Below are positions 10,501 to 19,084 of a stretch of 64,000 nt of DNA, in pieces. The stretch comes from a virus (lineage: Duplodnaviria > Caudoviricetes). The stretch is from IMG/VR virus record IMGVR_UViG_2926965794_000002, positions 32,001 to 96,000 of that record; one strand, written 5' to 3'. Position 1 is the first letter of the stretch. Each line of letters begins with the position of its first letter. Position numbers and translations under genes: made by a program. The notes under the pieces were generated by a model. That model was not told the DNA's origin, did no database searches, and worked only from the letters and a program-made list of their open reading frames with translations.

Positions 10501-11389
10501 GCGTGCTTGCGGCGAGATGTGCTGCCCGGGCCTGCTCGATTTGGTCGAGACGGGCCACCTGCGCGGCAAGAGCTTCATAGGTTGCGCCCTGCGATGTCGC
10601 CGAGGCTCCGCCACCTCCCAGCGCCTCGGTCAGGCTGCGCTGGAAATTGGCGCCGGCCTGCTCGGCCCGCATCCGGGCGACGTCGTCGATCTGCCGCAGG
10701 TTGGCATCGAAGACGCTCGCGGCGTCCTTCGCCGACTTCGCCGCGCCGGCGATCATGAGCCGGTCGAGATCCGCGCCGAATGCGGCACCGGCTTCCGCTG
10801 CCTTGGCCCGCGCCACCCCCTCGAGGCCGCCGTACTGTGCCAGGAAGGCGTCAGCGCTCTCCTGCGCCGATTTGGTGTCGCCGCCGATGCCGAACTGCGC
10901 GTTGATCGCCGCCTGCGACCGCTGCGCCACGGTCAATTGCTCGATCGCGGCCGCGGCGCGGGTCGCCACTTCGGCATGGATCGAATATTCCTCGTTCAGC
11001 CGGCCAACTGCACCGGCGATCGAGACAAATCCCTTCTCGGCCAGCGACGCGGCATCCGCGGTCAGGCCGAACTTCTGGTAAGCCGCGTCCAGGAGGAGGT
11101 TGACGCGATCGATGCCCATGCCCCGGTCGGCGGCGTTGCCGATGCGGCGGATAATGGCCTCGAACTGCGCGCCGGCACCATAGCCATCGAGCAGCGACTT
11201 GCTGACCGAGGCCATGCCGCCCGGGATCTTCGCGAGCGCGGCATCCGACTGCGCAAGAGCGGCATTGCGAGCCTTGTCGCTCGCAATCATCTTGCTGTCG
11301 GCGTCGACCTTCTGCTGCGCGCCCCGGACATAGCTCGATGCGTCGAAGTCAGATGTGACTCGGAGGGACGAAAGCGCTGTTCCCGCCAT
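7556..11389 (-). CDS. Tail tape measure protein
   Basis: 1277 aa Ala/Gln-rich helical; YQLNDV..GQSPFMILAQQGGQ and FARGGVV..MGEAGEEAIMPL motifs. Confidence 0.95.
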   Translation of the reverse strand: MAGTALSSLRVTSDFDASSYVRGAQQKVDADSKMIASDKARNAALAQSDAALAKIPGGMASVSKSLLDGYGAGAQFEAIIRRIGNAADRGMGIDRVNLLLDAAYQKFGLTADAASLAEKGFVSIAGAVGRLNEEYSIHAEVATRAAAAIEQLTVAQRSQAAINAQFGIGGDTKSAQESADAFLAQYGGLEGVARAKAAEAGAAFGADLDRLMIAGAAKSAKDAASVFDANLRQIDDVARMRAEQAGANFQRSLTEALGGGGASATSQGATYEALAAQVARLDQIEQARAAHLAASTQQSIAQAFGYDQVTKSARASASAFMDIDAAGAAMAAEFDEAIAAEQKMTAAAEQLRSKIAPLETEFQRLGAEMASYKKLLADGYISTGEYEQAQVMLAKRLTDVQQQLKNASTTGRVASGELVNLSYQLNDVLTGLALGQSPFMILAQQGGQVFQIFQSSKASITDFASVVGSKFLGLLSVGRVVWGGIAAAIGIGVAALISFQDKQQEVNRSLLGSGRASGATAGSINSIADAGSSRSGLSVAEARSFAATLAETGKIANDNILPIVQMGKDIATIYGTDASEAAKTLAQAFADPVKGAEDLNQRLGFLDAATKQNIADLVAQNKVYAAQVALATAVKSGLVDVANTVSTTRTAWTALGNAVSNAWDSIGKSIYNVLNPVQGLDAQLEAAKRKLELLQRTSGRTVDPDTGLLGPIADPAATAAAQAQVDKLTAALQRQKTAAEDARNAQQSLAQQQAIRTALPIIGQTQDLQNQLKLLQDLAAAPDVDQKLAKVGQTMDQLQRSIAATSAALAALPKNALVDFLGAAASPAERLAAGLEQIRTKAAQINASPADTGRATSALQLDIASSVQSARMSALGQSAGVLDSVRQKTLDLQRAQEAGAGLTAKQIKDQLDLARAQADGSLQIKAQADAFGIQTATIGMSAGAAAEYVARMTALTDAVRNHKELTDQDKAAIDAQAKALGAAAQANALKQIQNDIRFGSQTSLLSPDDVQIAQQLKTLYPDVATALNSVEAAALRTNAAFASVSSTISSDLVTGVTDALDGTKNFGQAFSDTSKLVIRAIEEMIVKLLVIGPLMRSLQSSFGGLTGGGLDFGSLLGSSGVTYGTPGAAGSNLFGPLAPSALGNVFAGGKIVAFARGGVVTRPTLFPMANGTGLMGEAGEEAIMPLRRGPDGRLGVSAGGIGGGGAANDNGASGNVVVNIYNAPSGSDPQTSVSRTNNGTQVDIVFKNAVTGLMVDDAARNGPISQAISSRQKGFGS

Positions 11390-11786
11390 TTGGATGCCCT
11401 CCCTCTCTCAGCCGCTTGCGCTCGTCCTCAGCTTCCTTTTCCCTCTCCGCCTCGCGCTGAACGTGCTCGAGAAACTCCTCGTCCATGGCGCTGACAAATG
11501 CCAAGAACGTCTCGAACTCGACGCCACGAATGTCGTAGCGCCGCGCGTAGGTATCGATGGAAAGGAAGCTGATCGGAGACTGGCCGCCCATGGCCCCGTA
11601 TTGCCGATCGAACCGAAGAGCATGCCAGGCGCGCCAATAGGTCTCCGCCCAGATCGGGAGCTCAGCCTCTGGCGGCCGCTCCGCCTGCGCCGCGAATGCT
11701 TCGGCGTCAGGATCTTCTTCGGCTAGTTGAGCGAGCCACTCGTCCGTGCCCTTCTGCTCGAGCTCGTAGCGAAGGGCGGCCCTCAG
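11349..11786 (-). CDS. Tail assembly chaperone T (C-terminal part of the G-T frameshift product)
   Basis: -1 frame is open from the slippery site (LRAALRYE..YWRAWHALRFDRQYGAMGG..IDTYARRY) to the stop at 11349. Confidence 0.8.
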   Translation of the reverse strand: MRAALRYELEQKGTDEWLAQLAEEDPDAEAFAAQAERPPEAELPIWAETYWRAWHALRFDRQYGAMGGQSPISFLSIDTYARRYDIRGVEFETFLAFVSAMDEEFLEHVQREAEREKEAEDERKRLREGGHPNGGNSAFVPPSHI

Positions 11787-12226
11787 TTTTTTGCGCCGGC
11801 TCCGACGAACTCGGTCTCTTGGAGACCGACGCGGGAAGCGGCGAGATAAATCGAGCCGCGGACGAGCCGGTACTCAGGATCCGTCAGGATCTCGCGCGCG
11901 GTCTCTTCCGAGAAATCGATGTCCTGCTCGTTGTCGTCGACGAGGCCAATCCAACCGAGCAACAGATACTCGACCGCGAGCTTTCCGTAAGCCTCGGCGA
12001 GCACGTCTTCGGGGACGTTGCGGCCGTGCTTGTTGGTCAGCTTGATCTGAATAACATCGCGGGCCGTCTTGAACTCGGCGTAGTTCGTCGAGCGGACGAA
12101 CCACTTGATATCGCCGGAATCGTCGATATCGAGCGCCGGCATCCAGTCGCCTTCGCGCTCCTTCTGGCTGTCGACCTTCATCGACGACAGCTTCAACTTA
12201 CGCACTTTCTTGGGGGATTCAGTCAT
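11783..12226 (-). CDS. Tail assembly chaperone G
   Basis: 147 aa, LLLGWIGL motif, between tail tube and tape measure. Confidence 0.85.
   Translation of the reverse strand: MTESPKKVRKLKLSSMKVDSQKEREGDWMPALDIDDSGDIKWFVRSTNYAEFKTARDVIQIKLTNKHGRNVPEDVLAEAYGKLAVEYLLLGWIGLVDDNEQDIDFSEETAREILTDPEYRLVRGSIYLAASRVGLQETEFVGAGAKN
11786..11792 (-). promoter_or_regulatory. Programmed -1 frameshift slippery site A_AAA_AAC
   Basis: GCA AAA AAC TGA at the end of the G gene, upstream of the tape measure. Confidence 0.8.
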
Positions 12227-12397
12227 GGCTTGGTGTCACCTTGGTGAGCAAGGGAAGCCCGGCGGGCGCCAGGGGGTGAACCAGCGATCTCGAGGACACC
12301 AATCCTCTACCGGCACCGACCGGTCCAGATCGCTGGTATTTCGGGGCACCGCGCATGAAGCGCGGCACAATTGTTCGGCCGAACGGTCGGCGATCGA

Positions 12398-13879
12398 CTA
12401 TTCGATGTACTCGAAGCGATCGAGCAGGATATGCGCGTTGGTAACGACATCCTGCGCGGCCTGGTAATCGAAGTCGGCCATGACCTGCGTATTCTTGGCC
12501 GTGGCCTGCGGGTTGCCACCGCCGCGGTAAACAGCCCGCGGCACCTGCCAGATCAGCGCCTGACCATTCTTCTGGACCCGCGAGTTGATGTTGCGCGGGG
12601 TGCCATTGCGGAAGGCCAGCACCTCGGTAAGGCTGCCGAAATAGGTGGTCAGCTTTCCGGTGACGGTGCACTCACCGTCGTCCAATGCAACCGGTGCGTC
12701 GGAGTCGACGGCATCCAGCGCCTGCAGATTGTTGTTGATCTGCACCGAGAAGCCCTTGGCCCAGTTCGGGGAGCCAAGCTGCGCCTGATTGACGCCCAGC
12801 CGACCGACGTTGGCATTGGCTGCCATAACGACACCGGTTGTCACGGCATCCGGCGCGGCGTCGAGCGTCACGGTCGTCTCGTCACCGCCGAGCCCCAAGA
12901 AATCCGCCGACCACTTCAGCTTGTCGCCGCTCTGCATGTCGACGTTGAAGGTGTTCACCCGCATGCCGAGATACTTGATGAACGCCGGCGTCTGCATGCC
13001 GAGGAAGCCCTTCTCGATCGTCATCGTGTTGGGCGTGACGCCATTCTTGATCTGGTCGCTGAAGAAGACCGAGATCGTCTTGCCGGCGCCGGTATCCGTG
13101 GTCCAGCCCGACGGCAGATTGTCCAGGGTCAGCTTGTTGGCCGCGATCGCGCTGATGCGTGCATAGGCGGCCGCGCGCGGTTTGGCTCCGGCGGCCACCA
13201 GGAAGGCGAACGTCGAGGCATCGGCGGTGCCGCCGACCTTGATCCACTGCCCGACCACGAGGCCGAGCGTGGTAAAATCGAGCGCCGTGGACCCCAGACC
13301 GTCCGCCAGTGCCGTGATGTCGCCGGCGACACCGGCGAAGCCGACCACCTTGAGCCGTGCGGTACTGGGAGGAGCGGCCTCCGCGGCCATACCGGTACCA
13401 CCGACGATCGTCGTACCCGTCGACGCCGAGGCGCGGAAGACCTGGTTATTCTCCGCCTGGCCGAAGCCAGTCGCGCGCACCAGCATGCCGACCTTCACCG
13501 CGGCTCCGCCGGACACCACGGCATAGGTGCTGGCCGTCGTGCCGGCATCGGTAATGACGCTGTCCGCGGTACCGTCGTTGAAGAATACCGGCGCGTTCAC
13601 CCAGGTATTCTCGAACGCCGACATGAGGAGCTCGGACAGCGGCGATCCATCATCCGGGAACGAGATTTCGCCGTTGATGCCGCCGTTAGTCGTCTCGTTC
13701 GTCTTGATCGGATCCCCGAGCATGCGGTCGTCGCGGATCTCTTCCGAGTCCACATAGGTCGGCGCAAGGGAAAGCGACTCGCCGGTCATCCTGACCTTGC
13801 GCATGCGCGGCGTCGTCGGGGTGACGCCGGGCGTGGTCTCCCGAACGAGAGCGAGTTGCGTACGGTTGGATGAGGTCAC
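12398..13879 (-). CDS. Major tail tube protein
   Basis: ETTPGVTP..SEEIRDDR and VTGKLTTYF motifs of phage tube proteins; position. Confidence 0.85.
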   Translation of the reverse strand: MTSSNRTQLALVRETTPGVTPTTPRMRKVRMTGESLSLAPTYVDSEEIRDDRMLGDPIKTNETTNGGINGEISFPDDGSPLSELLMSAFENTWVNAPVFFNDGTADSVITDAGTTASTYAVVSGGAAVKVGMLVRATGFGQAENNQVFRASASTGTTIVGGTGMAAEAAPPSTARLKVVGFAGVAGDITALADGLGSTALDFTTLGLVVGQWIKVGGTADASTFAFLVAAGAKPRAAAYARISAIAANKLTLDNLPSGWTTDTGAGKTISVFFSDQIKNGVTPNTMTIEKGFLGMQTPAFIKYLGMRVNTFNVDMQSGDKLKWSADFLGLGGDETTVTLDAAPDAVTTGVVMAANANVGRLGVNQAQLGSPNWAKGFSVQINNNLQALDAVDSDAPVALDDGECTVTGKLTTYFGSLTEVLAFRNGTPRNINSRVQKNGQALIWQVPRAVYRGGGNPQATAKNTQVMADFDYQAAQDVVTNAHILLDRFEYIE

Positions 13880-13884
13880 GGCGT

Positions 13885-13920
13885 TCTCCCAATAAAAAAG
13901 GCGCCCGATGGGGCGCCTTG
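13885..13920 (-). terminator. Terminator-like hairpin fused to the tail-tube RBS
   Basis: Minus strand CAAGGCGCCCCATCGGGCGCCTTTTTTATTGGGAGA. Confidence 0.6.
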
Positions 13921-13946
13921 CGTGAGGTCAGCGATGGTTGGTGGGG

Positions 13947-14192
13947 TTACTTCTCGGAAGTCGCCGGGGCCGCCGGCGCGCTCGTCTCGAGCTTGTTCTG
14001 CGGCACGGTCGCCGAAGCCGGCACCGGAGCCGTCTTGTCGTCCTTCTCCTTGATGAAGCCGCGCGACTTCAGCGTCTCGATGGTGTGCGGCGCCAGCACG
14101 TCGTCGCTCTTGACGACGTTGCTGCGCTCGTCATCGGGCTTGAAGCGGCGGTTCACGGTGTTGAACGCCTTCAGGACGGAATACTCGGTCAT
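13947..14192 (-). CDS. Small hypothetical virion-operon protein
   Basis: Start trimmed to MTEYSVLKAF with AGGAG RBS. Confidence 0.6.
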   Translation of the reverse strand: MTEYSVLKAFNTVNRRFKPDDERSNVVKSDDVLAPHTIETLKSRGFIKEKDDKTAPVPASATVPQNKLETSAPAAPATSEK

Positions 14193-14203
14193 GTCTCGTG
14201 CTC

Positions 14204-14677
14204 CTATTCGGCCTCGGTCAGGCCCCATGCGATGCTGGCTGACATCAGGTAGTAGTTCGCGTTCTCGGCACCGGGATCGCCAGATGCCAGATCAGCGGCC
14301 AAGAACTCGAGGCGGTCTTCCAACAGCGTCAGGCCCCTGAACATCCGGACAAGTCCCTTCGCGATGCGCCGTGCCTGGCCGGCACCGGTGTTGCGCGGCG
14401 TGAAGACGTGAAACCAGAGAGTGCCTTCCTCGTCCCAGCGATTATCGCCGGCGCCCTCGCCGCCCCCGATGCTTTCCTGTCCGTAGAAGGTCGAGACCAG
14501 CATGACGAGAACCCACGGCGAGATCTCGCCGCTCGGCGCGCTGTCGCCCTCGTTCTCATAGACGAGCGGCGCGACCGCGAAATCCCACTGGCCGTCGACC
14601 TTTTCCCCGGTCTCGATATCGACGTAGCCGAGGAGCGCGCGGATCGCGTCGTAGACCTCGTCGTTGGGCAGATCCAT
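14204..14677 (-). CDS. Tail terminator protein (DUF4128-like)
   Basis: VYENE..PWV..GTLWFHVFTPRNTG pattern; position before the tube. Confidence 0.75.
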   Translation of the reverse strand: MDLPNDEVYDAIRALLGYVDIETGEKVDGQWDFAVAPLVYENEGDSAPSGEISPWVLVMLVSTFYGQESIGGGEGAGDNRWDEEGTLWFHVFTPRNTGAGQARRIAKGLVRMFRGLTLLEDRLEFLAADLASGDPGAENANYYLMSASIAWGLTEAE

Positions 14678-15330
14678 CAGGACACCTTCATCGACAGAAC
14701 CAGCGCCGGATACGTCATCTGCGCGCCGGCCATGGTGTCGGGCCGAAGCTTCCGCCGCGCGTACGGCCGATAGCCGCGCCGGAAGTGGCCCTTCAAGATG
14801 TAGCCGCCCGGGAGCGGGATCAGGGTCCGTTTCGCCGTGACGAAGTTGCCGAAGCGCGCCATCACGGCTTTCTTGACGTCTTCGATGATGCCCGGCGGCA
14901 CCGACATCTGCATGTGACCGACGTCAATCTTGCGGCTGTACGGCTGGTTGTTGGTCAAGATCACCGTCGCGTTGAGCGGGATCTCGTCGAAACTCTTCAC
15001 GACGCCACCGGGCGTCATGATGAACCATGAGCGCTTGTAGCGGCCCGAGTCATCCGGCGATCGCTCGACCGCGGTCTGCAGCGCGTACTCAACGATCTCG
15101 CGCCACCAATGAAAGACGTAAAGGATCGGGCCCGGGGGCACGACCGTCTCTTCCTCGGCGTCGCGCCGACCGTTGACGTATTTCTCGTACCGTTCCGAGC
15201 CGACGCCTTCCTGGATGGCCTTCGACAACTCGGATCGTGCAAATGCTGCGAGCCCCTTCGCGATGTTCTCCGGCGCCATGCCAGCGGTCGCGAACTTGAG
15301 ATCCCGCTCGAACGTCGAGATCCTGGCCAT
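14677..15330 (-). CDS. Neck / tail completion protein (HK97 gp10-like)
   Basis: SPDDSGRYKRSW and NNQPYSRKID motifs; start trimmed to ATG 15330. Confidence 0.75.
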   Translation of the reverse strand: MARISTFERDLKFATAGMAPENIAKGLAAFARSELSKAIQEGVGSERYEKYVNGRRDAEEETVVPPGPILYVFHWWREIVEYALQTAVERSPDDSGRYKRSWFIMTPGGVVKSFDEIPLNATVILTNNQPYSRKIDVGHMQMSVPPGIIEDVKKAVMARFGNFVTAKRTLIPLPGGYILKGHFRRGYRPYARRKLRPDTMAGAQMTYPALVLSMKVS

Positions 15331-15665
15331 CACTGACCCGACGTGACGATTTCGTAGCAGCCCTGATACTCGCGATGGTCGGTGTCGACCGTTTGCACAG
15401 TCGTCGGCCAATCGAGGTTCGGACCAAGATAGATGTTGTCGCCCTTCGCGACCGGGACCGGAAATCCCTGTGCCTGCAGATCCAGCACCGACACGATGAG
15501 GTGCCTGGTGCCCGCCGTGATGCCGTTCACATACTCGTCCGGCGAATAGCCCTCGATTACGGCCTTCACCTGCGCGGTCGCGCCACCTTTCGCGCGCTTG
15601 AAGCGGACCATATGTCCGCGGCGGTTGATGCCGCGGCGCGCCCTCGCTGCTGCTGCCGCATCCAT
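15330..15665 (-). CDS. Head closure / stopper protein
   Basis: 111 aa beta-rich ORF, translationally coupled on both sides; position. Confidence 0.65.
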   Translation of the reverse strand: MDAAAAARARRGINRRGHMVRFKRAKGGATAQVKAVIEGYSPDEYVNGITAGTRHLIVSVLDLQAQGFPVPVAKGDNIYLGPNLDWPTTVQTVDTDHREYQGCYEIVTSGQ

Positions 15666-16336
15666 CAGCCGAACTCCGGCTCGTAGCCGTACTGCTCGAG
15701 CGCGGCAGCGATATCGGGCGGGAATGCACCGTTTTCGCCGATCTGGCCGACCCAGTATTCAAGGCGCTCGATATCGGTCGTCCATTCCGACTTCACCGTA
15801 GGATCGCGGTCGGCGGCAAACCGCGCGGCACGGATCATGCCGATTACGGCACCCTCGATCGCCAGAGGAAGCGTGAAATTGGCGGTTGCCGGCAGCGTCC
15901 AACCGGCCTTGAAGCGGACCACGGTACGGACGCCAGGTGCCCAGCCGATGCTCGGCGGCGGAACGACCCCAAGCCGCCACATCTCGCCGGTACCGCCGTC
16001 GAAGTCGTAGTCGGTCGGGTCGATTGTCACGGTCCCGATCGTGACCGAGACAATCTCGGTGACGGGATGACGCGCCAAGATCATCTGCCCGCGACGGCGC
16101 CGAAACCACGGACTGTGGACGAACTTCTGCTCCAGCGTCTCGAGCCCGAGCGTCTTGGAGCCATCAACGGCGGCCGGGACCAAGAGATAGTCGCACACCA
16201 TGGCCGAGAGCCGGTCGATCAGGCGGCCGATCTTGGCGTCTTCGGTGCCGTCGGTGATCCCCAACTCGGTCTTGACGTTTTCCAGCGTCGTCAGTTTGCG
16301 GTCAGTTGCGGGCTCGACGACGGAGAACATGCGCAA
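15665..16336 (-). CDS. Head-tail connector (adaptor) protein
   Basis: LTTLENVKTELGI..L.RHPVTEIVSV..FKAGW..LPLAIEGAV signature. Confidence 0.8.
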   Translation of the reverse strand: MRMFSVVEPATDRKLTTLENVKTELGITDGTEDAKIGRLIDRLSAMVCDYLLVPAAVDGSKTLGLETLEQKFVHSPWFRRRRGQMILARHPVTEIVSVTIGTVTIDPTDYDFDGGTGEMWRLGVVPPPSIGWAPGVRTVVRFKAGWTLPATANFTLPLAIEGAVIGMIRAARFAADRDPTVKSEWTTDIERLEYWVGQIGENGAFPPDIAAALEQYGYEPEFG

Positions 16337-16398
16337 GCACCTCGCGGGGCCATGCGCCCGAGGCTATTGCCCCGGGCGCTGGGATTGCACAGCGACCG

Positions 16399-16971
16399 TT
16401 AGGACGCGGCCGCCGGCGCCGAGCCCGCCTTCACGGCCTCGACGATGTCCGCCTTGGCGGTCTTGCCGCCCAGGTCGATGTTCTTGTCCGCGGCCAGCTT
16501 CTGGAGCTCGGGCACGGTCAGTTCATCGAAATTGCCGGCCTCGATCGCGGCCTTCACCTTGGCGTCGTTCTCGAGGGCGGCGACGATGTCCGCCTTTTTG
16601 GTCAGGCCGGAGATGTCGACCTTGCGCTCGGCCGCGATGGCCTGGAGCTCGGCGACGGTCTTCTTGCTGAGATCTCCGTCGTCGGCGTTGTCCTTGCCAC
16701 CGGTGCCTTCCGGCTGCCGGCGCGACGCGTTCGGATCCTGCCGATCGGCGTCCTGCAGCTTGAGCGCAACGTCGGACGACGCGCCGCGTGCCTTGACCGC
16801 GTCATCCTCAGTCGTGAAGTGCGCGACACCACGCTTCACCCAGCGATCGGCCGAGCGCGGAGACAGCGGGTACGTCTTGCCCTCCTCGAAGCGGGTTTCG
16901 TTGGCGGTGCCGGCGTGCTCATTGTCGACCACGCGGGTTTGGTCGAACGTAATATTCACCTTGTCATCCAT
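16399..16971 (-). CDS. Protein with two HeH/LEM (Rho-N-like) repeats
   Basis: DLSKKTVAELQAIA..TKKADIV and FDELTVPELQKLA..TAKADIV; start trimmed to MDDKV. Confidence 0.7.
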   Translation of the reverse strand: MDDKVNITFDQTRVVDNEHAGTANETRFEEGKTYPLSPRSADRWVKRGVAHFTTEDDAVKARGASSDVALKLQDADRQDPNASRRQPEGTGGKDNADDGDLSKKTVAELQAIAAERKVDISGLTKKADIVAALENDAKVKAAIEAGNFDELTVPELQKLAADKNIDLGGKTAKADIVEAVKAGSAPAAAS

Positions 16972-17067
16972 CGTGGTGGACTCCTGCAAGAATGGGTTTG
17001 GCAGCGCTTGGGAGCGCTGCCGCGGTTCGGTGCTCACGCTGAACTGAAGGTCAGTTCAACGCAGCGG

Positions 17068-17511
17068 CTACTTGATGGTTTCGACCAGCGACGCCGCTGG
17101 CGCCGTCGGGGAATACCGCGCGCTGACGCCGAGCAGGACGGCGGTCGACGGGCTCGTCGCGACGGCAGTCGTCATCGACAACCGCACGAACGAGAAGCCA
17201 CCGTTGCGGTCCAATTCCTCGGCGCGGACATTGATCTGCGCCTGCTTGTTGGACTTGTCGGTGCCAGCCTGGGTCAGCTGCGTGATGGCCTTGCCGACGA
17301 TGTCCTTGGCACCGGTACCCGTGCCGTCCTGTGCCTGCTGGAGCTTGGCGTCGATGGTGCCGTTCACGCCCAAGGCGCCGGCGGCGATGATCGCGAGCAG
17401 TTCCTCGAACGTCGCCATCGACACCCAGTTCGTGGTCAGGGTGCCGGCCGCGTTGGCAGCCGGGTTGATGATGCCGGCCAGGACGACTTTCTCGCTGGTG
17501 AGCGAAGTCAT
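17068..17511 (-). CDS. Putative head decoration / cement protein
   Basis: 147 aa Ala/Thr-rich ORF right after the capsid gene. Confidence 0.6.
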   Translation of the reverse strand: MTSLTSEKVVLAGIINPAANAAGTLTTNWVSMATFEELLAIIAAGALGVNGTIDAKLQQAQDGTGTGAKDIVGKAITQLTQAGTDKSNKQAQINVRAEELDRNGGFSFVRLSMTTAVATSPSTAVLLGVSARYSPTAPAASLVETIK

Positions 17512-17597
17512 GGAATTCTCCGTGGATTGATGGGTTCAGGGGTGATCTTCGCAGGCGGGCGGCGATCAAGACCGCCGCCCGGTGCTCAGACCGCTGG

Positions 17598-18935
17598 TTA
17601 CGGCCGGTCGGCGAGCGTGACGAACGGGCTCAGGGTGTCGGCACCCTTGAACGGCGTCAGCGGGGCATCCCAGATCGGCTGGCCATCCATGCGCAGGACG
17701 AACCGGAAGGTCGTCTCGTCATTGATGAACCGGGCGTGGATCGAGACGTCCTGCTTCAGGCCGCCCTTCTGGATCGTCAGGTACTGCTGCAGATCCATCA
17801 GCGCGATGTCGCCCTTGTCGCCGAGCTGCGAGTTGAACTCGGTCGGGACAATCGGGCGGCCGAGCAGCGTGGCGTACGGCTGACCGGCGATGCTGCCCTG
17901 CGGCAGGTAGATCGGCATGTTGCCGATCTTCATCAGCATCAGCTGTGGCTCGATCTGCTGGTTGATGGTCCAGATCGCGCTCTGCCGGCTGCGCAGCCAC
18001 AGGCGAGCCCACATCTTGACGATGTTCTCGACCACGACGGTGTCCGCCGCCTGGCCGCCCTCAGCCGCGATGGTGACCAACGCCGCCGACTTCATGACAC
18101 CGGCCGGCATGCCGGCGCCGCTGCCCTCGAAGATGGCATCGTCGATCTTGAAGGCGAACTCGTCGCCGAAGACCTCCGGGATGAAGCTGTTCAGCATCAC
18201 GGCATCCTCGAGCAACTCGTCGGTTGCGTAGAGGAGACCGGTCAGCTTGTGCAGCCGCAGATCCATCTGGCGGAAGGACAGCTGCGAGCCGACCTTCTGC
18301 TGGCCCTCGCCGGTCCAGAACGACTGGACGCCGCCGAAGCGGGTGCCGTTGGCGCGGCTCGAGTCCTTCAGCGCGTTGATCTTCACGCCGTTGGAGGCCG
18401 GGCTGACCGGCAGCTGGCGGGTGCGCGAGAGCAGATCCGAGCGGTCGTACGCACGGCTCATGAGCTCAGGCACGAAGTCCTGCTGGATCAGGTAGCCACC
18501 GTCCTGGCCGCCGCCCTCGTTCATGCCGCTGGCGGCCTGCCACTCGAGGCGGTCGTCGACGGCGATCCGCTTGCCGGCGTTGGCGATCGCCACCATCTGC
18601 TCGCCGAGCGAACCGAACTTCTTCTTCGCTTCGGCGGGCACGGTCGGAGCGGTGCGCTCGGCACGCTCGCCCGCGGTCTCGGCGTTCGCACCCGGGGCCG
18701 GAGCCATCGAGCGCTGCTCGTCCATCAGGCGCTCCTGCTGGGCGATCGCCTGGTTGACGCGGGTCAACTCGCTGACCTGCGCCGGCTTGTCACCAGCGGC
18801 AGCGACGTCGTCCATGATTGCCGACAGGCGGGCAGCCTCGACATCGGTGATGGTGCCATCGGCCACCTTGGCGGTGAGCGCATTGGCTTCGGCGATCAGC
18901 CCCGCTTTCTTGTCGCGAAGTGCCTTGATCGTCAT
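17598..18935 (-). CDS. Major capsid protein (HK97 fold, with N-terminal delta domain)
   Basis: Coiled-coil N-terminus, DGGYLI, WTGEG, TDELLED, FEGSG, LLGRPI motifs; strong RBS. Confidence 0.95.
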   Translation of the reverse strand: MTIKALRDKKAGLIAEANALTAKVADGTITDVEAARLSAIMDDVAAAGDKPAQVSELTRVNQAIAQQERLMDEQRSMAPAPGANAETAGERAERTAPTVPAEAKKKFGSLGEQMVAIANAGKRIAVDDRLEWQAASGMNEGGGQDGGYLIQQDFVPELMSRAYDRSDLLSRTRQLPVSPASNGVKINALKDSSRANGTRFGGVQSFWTGEGQQKVGSQLSFRQMDLRLHKLTGLLYATDELLEDAVMLNSFIPEVFGDEFAFKIDDAIFEGSGAGMPAGVMKSAALVTIAAEGGQAADTVVVENIVKMWARLWLRSRQSAIWTINQQIEPQLMLMKIGNMPIYLPQGSIAGQPYATLLGRPIVPTEFNSQLGDKGDIALMDLQQYLTIQKGGLKQDVSIHARFINDETTFRFVLRMDGQPIWDAPLTPFKGADTLSPFVTLADRP

Positions 18936-18942
18936 CTCGATC

Positions 18943-18981
18943 TCTCCTCAATAAAAAAGGCGCCCGGGAAGGGGCGCCTTG
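18943..18981 (-). terminator. Terminator-like hairpin fused to the capsid RBS
   Basis: Minus strand CAAGGCGCCCCTTCCCGGGCGCCTTTTTTATTGAGGAGA. Confidence 0.6.
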
Positions 18982-19084
18982 GGTTTCGATGGACTCAGTG
19001 GAGACTGCGGTCTCGACCGAGCCCGCATAGACACGCGAAGATCAGGGTCGCGACTGCGCCCCTACTCCGCGAATTTCGGAAGGG

